DNA of 64,000 nucleotides, from positions 124,001 through 188,000 of the forward strand of contig NZ_JMCB01000020.1 in NCBI RefSeq assembly GCF_000737315.1. Reading direction: 5' to 3'. Of the stretch, positions 1-7,783 are shown in pieces; position 1 is the first letter of the stretch, and the number at the start of each line of letters is the position of its first letter. The translations under genes and the position numbers were made by a program. This stretch comes from Hyalangium minutum. GTDB taxonomy: Bacteria > Myxococcota > Myxococcia > Myxococcales > Myxococcaceae. The notes beneath the pieces were generated by a model. That model searched no databases. It saw only the letters and a program-made list of their open reading frames with translations, and was not told the DNA's origin.

Positions 1-1247
1 ACGTGGGGCGCGAGCTGGCCCCGGCCCGTGGTGAGCACGACGGCGGCCTCGGCCCAGCGCTCCTGGATGAGCAGGGCACAGCGCGCCGCCAGGGTGGCCG
101 GATCCGTGGCGGAGCCGTGGGTGGCCCGGAGGGTGGCCACCAGGAAGCCATTGGCGAGCAGCTCCACCTGGGCACCGTGGGGCGCTAGCAGCGTGCGGAG
201 CGTGTCCCGGAGCATCCGGCGCGAGTCTTCAACCTCGGGCCCGGGAGGCTGAGCGGCCGGAGTGCGAGGCGCGGCCAGCAGGACGCTCACCAAGTGTTGC
301 TCGGAGCCCGTCAGCGGCAGGGGCGCGGTGCCGGTGGACAGTGCGGGTTTGGAATCAGGCCGCAGGCGGCTCTGCAGGGAGTCCAGGGCCGCCAGCAGCC
401 CGGAGGCGTCGGGGAAGCGGCGCTCGGGCGCCTTCGCCAACAGGCGATGGAGCAGCTCCTCCAGGGCTGCGGGCAGCTCCGGGCGCAGGGTGCGCAGGCC
501 CTCCGGCTCGGTGAAGAGGATCTTCGCCAGCGCAGCCACGAAGTGGGGCGCGGAGAAAGGTGGCCTGCCGGTGAGGCACTCGTAGAGGACACAGCCCAGG
601 GAGAACAGGTCGGCGCTGGGCGTGAGCGGCGCTTGAGCGGAGATCTGCTCCGGCGCCATGTAGCCCGGAGTGCCGAGCACCATCTGGCTGGCGGTGAGCG
701 CCATCGAGGGCACCTCGTGACGGGCCAGGCCGAAGTCCAACAGGACGACGTCCTCGGGGCGCCCCCGGCGCAGGAAGAGGTTGGAGGGCTTGATGTCTCG
801 GTGGATGACGCCGCGCTGGTGGGCCAGGGCGAGTGCCTCGGAGGCCTGGCGCAGCAGGGCCAGGGACTCCGTGAGGCTCAAGGGCTCGCGTGCGAGGCGC
901 TGGGCCAGGTTCTCTCCCTCCAGCCACTCCATGGCGAGGAAGGGGCCGGCGCCGGGAGTGGAGCCATGGGCGACGTAGGAGACGATGCCCGGGTGGCGCA
1001 GCTGGGAGAGGACGGCGGCCTCGCGAGAGAAGCGCTGGAGGGCCTCGGCGCTCTCGACGTGGAGCAGCTTGAGGGCCACGGGCTGGCCGGAGACGGAGTC
1101 GGTGGCGCGGTAGATGGTGCCCATGCCGCCCTTCTCCACGAAGGCCTCAAGCGTGAAGCGCTCGGCCAGAAGCGTGCCGGCTGGGAGTGCCTCCGTCCGG
1201 GGCGCGGGGGGCGCGGGCCGAGGAGAAGGTGGGAGGGTGCTGGCCAT
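1..1247 (-). CDS. Ser/Thr protein kinase (likely kinase-ATPase fusion), runs off the window edge
   Basis: Manual translation from ATG at 1247: GGMGTIY, VALK, HRDIKPSN, DFG, GTPGYMAPE. The frame stays open past position 1, so it is absent from the ORF track. Confidence 0.92.
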   Translation of the reverse strand, partial: MASTLPPSPRPAPPAPRTEALPAGTLLAERFTLEAFVEKGGMGTIYRATDSVSGQPVALKLLHVESAEALQRFSREAAVLSQLRHPGIVSYVAHGSTPGAGPFLAMEWLEGENLAQRLAREPLSLTESLALLRQASEALALAHQRGVIHRDIKPSNLFLRRGRPEDVVLLDFGLARHEVPSMALTASQMVLGTPGYMAPEQISAQAPLTPSADLFSLGCVLYECLTGRPPFSAPHFVAALAKILFTEPEGLRTLRPELPAALEELLHRLLAKAPERRFPDASGLLAALDSLQSRLRPDSKPALSTGTAPLPLTGSEQHLVSVLLAAPRTPAAQPPGPEVEDSRRMLRDTLRTLLAPHGAQVELLANGFLVATLRATHGSATDPATLAARCALLIQERWAEAAVVLTTGRGQLAPH

Positions 1248-1396
1248 GTAAGAGAAGAGAGCCGGTTCAGGCTTCAGGGGGGCTTACCCCTGACAGCCCA
1301 CTTGCGCCACCCGACAACCGCTCCCCTCGGCTGGCTGTTCCCTGCGAATGCGAGAACTGGATTTAAGTGTTATACAGGTATTTCCGGGAGATATTC

Positions 1397-1825
1397 ATGT
1401 CCGACAGTTCTTCGACGAAGAGGGCGCACCCGCGCCGCGCGGCCTTGGGTGGGGTGGTGCTGCTGGGCGCTTGGATGGTGCTGGTGGCCCCCAGTGCCTG
1501 TGGTGTGACGGCGCAGGACCCGAGCGCTTCGCTGAGCGAGCACTCCGCGGACCTGGGGATTGGCGTGGCGGAGCCTGCGGAACCCCTGCCCACGGAGCCC
1601 CTTCCCGCAGGGGATGGGGGCGTGCCCTGGCGAGGCGAGTGCACGGCGGACTCGGACTGTGATCAGTCCGCAGCTGCGGCGCTATGCGGCGAGGACACGG
1701 AGATGTACTGCAAGTTCTTCAAGAGGAAGGATGGTGGGCCGGCCGACAAGGGCACCTGCGAGTGCCGCGTGAAGACGGCCACGCCCACCCCGATCGATGC
1801 CGGTGTCATCGTCATCATGGACTGA
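1397..1825 (+). CDS. Small secreted Cys-rich protein
   Basis: ATG at 1397 after GGGAG; basic then hydrophobic N-terminus; 6 Cys in the C-terminal half. Confidence 0.65.
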   Translation: MSDSSSTKRAHPRRAALGGVVLLGAWMVLVAPSACGVTAQDPSASLSEHSADLGIGVAEPAEPLPTEPLPAGDGGVPWRGECTADSDCDQSAAAALCGEDTEMYCKFFKRKDGGPADKGTCECRVKTATPTPIDAGVIVIMD

Positions 1826-1909
1826 CACCGCCCCGACGCTCCCAAAAGACACCCGCGCGGCCACCTTTAGAGGCAGCCGCGCCGGCGGAGACTTCTCTGC
1901 AGCTTGGGA

Positions 1910-3502
1910 TTACTGGCCGGAGCTCACCGTGTAGGTGACGCCGGAGTAGGCCGTGTAGCCCTTGATGAGGACGTAGTACGTGCCCGCCTTCGGCGCGTTG
2001 ATGATGCACGACTCGGCGGTGGTCGCGCCCGCGGAGCGGCAGTCATAGGTGGTGGTGGTGGGCGCGCTGCCGAAGCGGACGTACAGGTCGGCGTCACCCG
2101 TGCCACCAGCCATCTGGAACTTCAGCGCGGTCGCACCCGCCGGCGTGGCGGTGGTGTAGTTCGTGCTGCTGCTCTTGGCGCCCGACACGTTGTTGAGGGT
2201 GGTGAGCACCGTCCAGGTCGGCGGAGCGGCCACGCCCACCGCGGTCCAGGCCGCGTTCACCGAGGCGGCGGCAGCCGAGCCGTACAGGTCCGTGGCCGCC
2301 TGCGCGGTGGCGCCGCGCGCGTCGGAGAAGGTGCTGCCCGCGGTCAGGTACACCGTGTTGGCCCGGTAGAAGATGGCCGCGCCCTTCTGGATGCTGAGGG
2401 TCGGGTTGGAGTCCAGCGGCGTCACCACCGTGGTCGTCTTGCCGCGCGGGTGGCTGCCGCCGGAGACCATCAGGTAGAAGGCCAGGTTGGCGATGCCCGA
2501 GTTCCAGTGCACGCCGCCGTTGTCCGAGGTGCCCGTGTAGCGCGTGGGGTAGTAGTCGTAGTCACCCGCCAGCGCCGGGTCGTTCATGTAGCGCAGCGCA
2601 TCGCCCGCGGTGCCAGGCGTCCAGCACTCCTCGCCCACCTTCCAGGTGTTCGCGCTCACCACGCCGTCGCGGAAGGCCTCGATGGAGGTGCCGAAGACGT
2701 CGGACATGGCCTCGTTCAGGGCGCCCGACTCGTTCGCGTAGACGAGGTCCGACGAGGTGTCAGTGACGGCGTGGGTCAGCTCGTGGCCCACCACGTCGAG
2801 CACCGTCAGCGCCGTGGACTGCGAGCCGTCGCCGTCGCCGTACACCATCTGCGTGCCGTCCCAGTACGCGTTCACGTAGTTGCGGCTGTAGTGCACGGTC
2901 GAGGAGAGGATGCCCCCGGTGCCGTTGTAGCTGTCGCGCCCGAACTTGCTGAAGTAGAAGTCGTACACGAAGCCCGCGTTGTCGTGCGCCTGGTTGGCCA
3001 CCGCGTCGCTCACGGGGCCCTGGCCCTCGGAGCGCAGCAGCGTGCCGGGCAGCGAGGTGCGGGTGGCGGCCGTGTACGTCTTGCGGTTCTTGGCCGTCTT
3101 CAGGTTGTCGTACGAAGAGACGAGCTCACCCGACTGCGCGTCGATGAAGAGCACGGGCAGTGAGCGCTCGCCCTTGGCGTTCACGGTGTCCATCTGCACG
3201 CGCCACGTCAGCCGGCCGACCTTGTCCTGGGCGAGGATCTGCAGGTCCGCCTTCGGGGTCGTCTGGCTGAGGGACTCCTTCTGGTAGCCCAGTGCCAGCT
3301 GCACGGCCTCGTTCGAGCTCAGCTTCGCAGTGGTGTCGACCTTGAGGTCGCGCTCGAGCCGGTCGGTGACGGCCTCGACGGCGCCGTTCTTGTCCAGGTG
3401 GAGGATGGCCTCGCCGCCGAACACGGGAATGCCATTGAGGGTCTGCTGCACGCGCTCGTGGCCCTTGCCCAGGGTGTCCACCAGGCCGCGCTTGAAGTGC
3501 AC
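1910..3502 (-). CDS. M4 (thermolysin-like) metalloprotease with partial propeptide and C-terminal PPC domain; N-terminus apparently truncated
   Basis: HELTH, NESGALNEAMSD, DNGGVHWNSGIAN; PPC-type GGTGDADLYVRFGS; no signal peptide in frame. Confidence 0.9.
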   Translation of the reverse strand: MHFKRGLVDTLGKGHERVQQTLNGIPVFGGEAILHLDKNGAVEAVTDRLERDLKVDTTAKLSSNEAVQLALGYQKESLSQTTPKADLQILAQDKVGRLTWRVQMDTVNAKGERSLPVLFIDAQSGELVSSYDNLKTAKNRKTYTAATRTSLPGTLLRSEGQGPVSDAVANQAHDNAGFVYDFYFSKFGRDSYNGTGGILSSTVHYSRNYVNAYWDGTQMVYGDGDGSQSTALTVLDVVGHELTHAVTDTSSDLVYANESGALNEAMSDVFGTSIEAFRDGVVSANTWKVGEECWTPGTAGDALRYMNDPALAGDYDYYPTRYTGTSDNGGVHWNSGIANLAFYLMVSGGSHPRGKTTTVVTPLDSNPTLSIQKGAAIFYRANTVYLTAGSTFSDARGATAQAATDLYGSAAAASVNAAWTAVGVAAPPTWTVLTTLNNVSGAKSSSTNYTTATPAGATALKFQMAGGTGDADLYVRFGSAPTTTTYDCRSAGATTAESCIINAPKAGTYYVLIKGYTAYSGVTYTVSSGQ

Positions 3503-3746
3503 GTCGCCCGCGCCGCGGAGGAACTCGGGGCTCTGCGCCTTCAGCGAATGCGCATGGGGGATTTCCTCCGGCTTGATGGCAGATCAAGCGCATTCTCGTT
3601 TTATGATAAAATGAGATTAACAGTCAGGAGGTAGAATTCCGTTGTTCTGGAAGCAGGCTGGGAAGATGCCTTGCCACCCTCTGAAGGAGTCCGCACCCTG
3701 AGCCGGTGAAAGCCCAGGGCTCTCAGAGCCCGAAGAGAGGACCCTC

Positions 3747-4514
3747 ATGCGCTCGGTTCGGTCACTTGCCTTGGGAATCGTGCTGACGCTGTCCGCGTGT
3801 ACATCGTCTCCAGAGGTGGTTGATCCTCCGTCCGAGCCGACCCTCTCGGGAGACGCGGTGGCGACTTCGCAGGGGGATCTGATCATCCACCCCGTCAATC
3901 ACGCCACCTTCGTCATGCAGTGGCAGGGCAAGCTGTTCTACGTGGACCCGGTGGGGGGCGCGGAGCGGTTCACGGGACTGCCGGCGCCGCAGGTCATCTT
4001 CATCACGGACATCCACGGCGACCATCTGAGCGCGGACACGCTGAAGGCCCTCGTGCAGACGGACACGGTGATCATCGCGCCGCAGGCCGTAAAGGACATG
4101 CTGCCCGCGGAGCTGCAGGCGGTGACGCAGGTGCTGGCCAACGGAGCGACGACGAGCGTGGCGGGCGTCGGCGTGGAGGCCATTCCCATGTACAACCTCA
4201 CGGCGGACCGCCTCCAGTACCACACGAAGGGCCGGGGCAATGGCTACGTGCTGACGATGGGAGGCAAGCGCATCTACATCGCGGGGGACACGGAGGACAT
4301 CCCGGAGATGCGGCAGCTGCGCGACATCGAGGTGGCCTTCATCCCGATGAACCTGCCCTTCACGATGACGGTGGAGCAAGCGGCGGACGCGGTGCGCGAG
4401 TTCAAGCCGAAGATCGTCTACCCGTACCACTTCCGCGGAAGCGACATGGACGCGTTCACCCGGCTCGTGGGCACGGACGCGGGCGTCGAGGTGCGCGTGC
4501 GCAACTGGTACTGA
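3747..4514 (+). CDS. MBL-fold metallo-hydrolase lipoprotein
   Basis: Lipobox LSAC; HATF, TDIHGDH, YIAGDTED and PYHF motifs. Confidence 0.88.
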   Translation: MRSVRSLALGIVLTLSACTSSPEVVDPPSEPTLSGDAVATSQGDLIIHPVNHATFVMQWQGKLFYVDPVGGAERFTGLPAPQVIFITDIHGDHLSADTLKALVQTDTVIIAPQAVKDMLPAELQAVTQVLANGATTSVAGVGVEAIPMYNLTADRLQYHTKGRGNGYVLTMGGKRIYIAGDTEDIPEMRQLRDIEVAFIPMNLPFTMTVEQAADAVREFKPKIVYPYHFRGSDMDAFTRLVGTDAGVEVRVRNWY

Positions 4515-4538
4515 CCGGCGCGCATAGGCCGGGGCGGC

Positions 4539-5912
4539 TCAGTGGCTTCCCGCGGGAGCGTGCGCGGTGCCATGGGCCTCGGCCGCTTCGTGGTGCTGCT
4601 CATCGAAGGGGAGCGCGCCCGCGAGCACCTGCTCGGCGCGAGGCTTGTCGAGCTCGCGCGTCCACGCGCCGATGAGCACGGTGGCCACGGCGTTGCCGGC
4701 GAAGTTCGTCAGGGCGCGGGCCTCGGACATGAAGCGGTCGATGCCGATGATGAAGCCCACGCCGTCCACGAGGTCTGGCCGGTGGGACTGGAGGCCGCCC
4801 GCGAGCGTGGCGATGCCCGCCCCCGTTACGCCGGCGGCGCCCTTCGAGGCGATGATCATGAACACCAGCAGGGAGATCTGCTCGCTGAGCACCAGCGGCT
4901 TGCCGAGCGCCTCGGCGATGAAGAGCGAGGCCATGGTGAGGTAGATGGCCGTGCCGTCGAGGTTGAACGAGTAGCCGGTGGGGACGACGACGCCCACGAC
5001 GGGCCGGGAGACGCCCAGGTGCTCCATCTTGGCGATGAGCCGGGGAAGGGCGGTCTCCGAGGACGAGGTGGAGAGGATGAGGAGGAACTCGCGGCCCAGG
5101 TAGCGCAGGAGCCGGAAGACGGAGAGGCCCGTGGAGAGCTTGAGCACGGTGCCCAGCACGCCGAAGACGAAGATGAAGCAAGTGACGTAGAAGCCCACCA
5201 TGATGACGGCCAGGCTCTTGAGGGCGTCGATGCCCGTGGCGCCGACGACGGCGGCCATGGCGCCGAACGCGCCGATGGGGGCGGCCCACATGACCATCGC
5301 CAGCACCTTGAAGACGAGGCGCTGGAAGTAGCCGATGGTGCGGAGGATGGGGGCGCCGGACTCGCCCATGCCCTGCACGGCGAAGCCCACGAGCAGCGCC
5401 ACGAACAGCGCCTGGAGCACCTCGCCGGAGACGAGCGGGGACACGAGCGTGGAGGGGATGATGCCGAGGATGAAGTCCGTGGTGCTCCTGGCCTCGCCGG
5501 TGCTGGCCTTGGCGCCCGCGCCGCGCAGGGCGTCGGTGAGCTGGAGCTCCGAGCCAGGGTGGAGCAGGTTGCCCACGACGAGGCCAATGGCGAGCGCGAA
5601 CGTGGACATCGTCACGAAGTAGCCCAGCGCCAGGCCGCCGACGTGCCCCACCTTCGCGGCCTGCCGCACCGAGCCCACCCCGAGCACGATGGTGCAGAAG
5701 ATGATGGGGCTGATCATCATCTTCACGAGGCCGACGAAGCCGGTGCCCAGCGGCTTGAGGGACTTGGCGAACTCGGGGGCGGCGAGCCCGACGATGACGC
5801 CGGCGATGGCGGCGATGATGACGGCCGCGTACAGGTGGTGCGATTTGAGCCAGCGCTTCCCTTGGGGCGCTTGTGCCGGAGCTCCGTGCCCGCTGGTGAT
5901 CTCGCTCCCCAT
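4539..5912 (-). CDS. dctA: C4-dicarboxylate/cation symporter (DAACS family)
   Basis: STSSSETALP, PTGYSFNLDGT, SKGAAGVTGAG, GIDRFMSEARALTN; start set at MGSEIT (5912). Confidence 0.9.
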   Translation of the reverse strand: MGSEITSGHGAPAQAPQGKRWLKSHHLYAAVIIAAIAGVIVGLAAPEFAKSLKPLGTGFVGLVKMMISPIIFCTIVLGVGSVRQAAKVGHVGGLALGYFVTMSTFALAIGLVVGNLLHPGSELQLTDALRGAGAKASTGEARSTTDFILGIIPSTLVSPLVSGEVLQALFVALLVGFAVQGMGESGAPILRTIGYFQRLVFKVLAMVMWAAPIGAFGAMAAVVGATGIDALKSLAVIMVGFYVTCFIFVFGVLGTVLKLSTGLSVFRLLRYLGREFLLILSTSSSETALPRLIAKMEHLGVSRPVVGVVVPTGYSFNLDGTAIYLTMASLFIAEALGKPLVLSEQISLLVFMIIASKGAAGVTGAGIATLAGGLQSHRPDLVDGVGFIIGIDRFMSEARALTNFAGNAVATVLIGAWTRELDKPRAEQVLAGALPFDEQHHEAAEAHGTAHAPAGSH

Positions 5913-6045
5913 CACGTCCCCTCGCGTTGGTGCGGGCGCCACCATATGCGAGCCGGAGGCTGCCGAGCGAGCGCGCACCCGGGCTACCGGATGGCCCAGG
6001 TGACTGCACAGGTTGTCGGTAAACGAGCCTGCGAGGACCGACACC

Positions 6046-6213
6046 ATGAACTCCAAGCCCTTCGGCAACACCCAGTACAAGTGGCGCCCCATCCAGCCCA
6101 AGAAGATGGGGAACCCGGTCTCGAAGGTGACCCTGGTGGCGGGCAAGCGGATTGGAGGCGCGCTTCGGGCGGAGCAGGCCCGCCAGCAGAAGCGGCGTGA
6201 CACACGGCGTTAG
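6046..6213 (+). CDS. Small basic hypothetical protein (55 aa)
   Basis: GAGGA upstream of ATG 6046; K/R-rich; fills the dctA-dusA gap. Confidence 0.5.
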   Translation: MNSKPFGNTQYKWRPIQPKKMGNPVSKVTLVAGKRIGGALRAEQARQQKRRDTRR

Positions 6214-6289
6214 CCCTGGCCGGAGAGCAGGCCTGGGAGAGGGCGCCTGTCTGAGAGAAGGGGTGGGCGAAGCCGGGAAACCGAGGTAG

Positions 6290-7294
6290 ATGCGTCTGAT
6301 GCTGTCCTATCCTATGCCCCTGTGTGTGGCTCCGATGATGGATTGGACGGACCGGAACTGCCGGTTCTTCCACCGCCAGATCAGCCAGCACACGCTGCTC
6401 TACACGGAGATGCTGACCACGGGCGCCGTCATCCATGGTGACCGCGAGCGGCTCCTGGGTTTTTCGCCGGCGGAGCATCCGGTGGCCCTTCAGCTGGGGG
6501 GCTCGGAGCCCGAGCAGCTGGCGCAGGCCGCGCGCATTGGCGAGGAGTGGGGGTACGACGAGATCAACCTCAACTGCGGCTGCCCGAGCGACCGGGTGCA
6601 GTCGGGGCGGTTCGGCGCGTGCCTGATGGCGGAGCCGGAGCTGGTGGCGCGGTTGGTGGGGGCGATGCGCGAGGCGGTGCGCATCCCGGTGACGGTGAAG
6701 TCACGGCTGGCCATCGACGAAATGGAGGAGTGGCCGACGATCTTGAACTTCGTGAAGCAGGTGTCGGCGGCGGGCTGCCAGCGGTTCATCATTCACGCGC
6801 GCAAGGCGTGGCTGCAGGGGCTGAGCCCGAAGGAGAACCGGGACGTTCCGCCGCTGCGCTACGAGCTGGTGCACCGGCTGAAGGCGGAGTTCCCGCACCT
6901 GGACATCAGCTTGAACGGTGGGGTGAAGACGCTGGACGCAGCAGCGGAGCACTTGCAGCACGTGGATGGGGTGATGATTGGCCGGGCGGCGTACGAGAAC
7001 CCGTACATCATGGCCGACGCGGATCGGCGGTTCTTCGGCTCCACGGCGGCGCCGAGGGACCGGCACGCGGTGGTGGAGGCGATGCTTCCTTATATGGAGG
7101 AGCGCCTGAAGCAGGGAGCACCGCTGAGCGCCATCACCCGGCACATGCTGGGGCTGTTCCAGGGACTGCCGGGGGCGCGCGCCTGGCGCCGGTACCTGAG
7201 CGAGAACGTGCACAAGCCCAGCGCGGGTCCTGAGGTGGTCACCGCCGCGCTCGCGCAGGTGCGGCGGAACGGTCCCGCCGAGGCTGCAGCCTGA
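6290..7294 (+). CDS. dusA: tRNA-dihydrouridine synthase DusA
   Basis: APMMDWTD, EINLNCGCPSDRVQSGRFGACLM, IHARKAWLQGLSPKENR, GVMIGRAAY. Confidence 0.95.
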   Translation: MRLMLSYPMPLCVAPMMDWTDRNCRFFHRQISQHTLLYTEMLTTGAVIHGDRERLLGFSPAEHPVALQLGGSEPEQLAQAARIGEEWGYDEINLNCGCPSDRVQSGRFGACLMAEPELVARLVGAMREAVRIPVTVKSRLAIDEMEEWPTILNFVKQVSAAGCQRFIIHARKAWLQGLSPKENRDVPPLRYELVHRLKAEFPHLDISLNGGVKTLDAAAEHLQHVDGVMIGRAAYENPYIMADADRRFFGSTAAPRDRHAVVEAMLPYMEERLKQGAPLSAITRHMLGLFQGLPGARAWRRYLSENVHKPSAGPEVVTAALAQVRRNGPAEAAA

Positions 7295-7295
7295 C

Positions 7296-7517
7296 TTAAC
7301 CGTTGCCCATGAGGTCCGAGAGGCGCGTGACGGTCAACGCTCGATCGAACCACTGGTCGAGTGTCTCCAGTTCGGTGCATCCCAGGATGCGCTGACGGGT
7401 TCCGTCATCCACGGGGATGCCCCGCTTGGACAGAATGCGCAGCACACTGTCGGCACGTCCTCGGGCTACACCCTTCATCCATCCCTGCTCGATCAGGTCC
7501 TCTGCGATGGTGGTCAT
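7296..7517 (-). CDS. C-terminal module of an Rpn/DUF4351-type protein (RpnS-like); N-terminal nuclease absent
   Basis: MTTIAEDLIEQG...VLRILSKRGIPVDDGTRQRILGCTELETLDQWFDRAL; GGAGGAG RBS before ATG 7517; in-frame TAA about 22 codons upstream. Confidence 0.7.
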   Translation of the reverse strand: MTTIAEDLIEQGWMKGVARGRADSVLRILSKRGIPVDDGTRQRILGCTELETLDQWFDRALTVTRLSDLMGNG

Positions 7518-7683
7518 CCACTCCTCCGCTCGCTGCCCTGGGCTTATCCCCAGTGTCGTGATCAATGGGGTTATGTAGCCAACTTAGTAGGTAGGGCAGC
7601 CCGTTCAAACTCCTAGGGGAGGAACCTGTACCAGTGCTGTGGACATTCAAGCTCTGTCGCCCTGGAGCCGACCCGTTGCAGCC

Positions 7684-7739
7684 CTGTTCGGAAATGTCGG
7701 GACTTTTTAGGCCCCAAAACCCCCGACATTTCCGAACAG
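7684..7739. repeat. Perfect 18-bp inverted repeat with 20-nt loop
   Basis: CTGTTCGGAAATGTCGGG (7684-7701) and CCCGACATTTCCGAACAG (7722-7739). Confidence 0.9.
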
Positions 7740-7783
7740 CATGCCAGGGGACAGTACCGACAGGGACTGGGCTTGCGCGCCCG

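Noticed and set aside
4542-6200. 552-aa ORF antisense to dctA (likewise 7958-10780, 18414-20603, 48976-50925, 62053-63972)
   Set aside because: Mirror frames of well-supported genes, with no domain signatures.
6213-6400. dusA-associated integrative element
   Set aside because: No integrase and no duplicated dusA 5' segment in the window.
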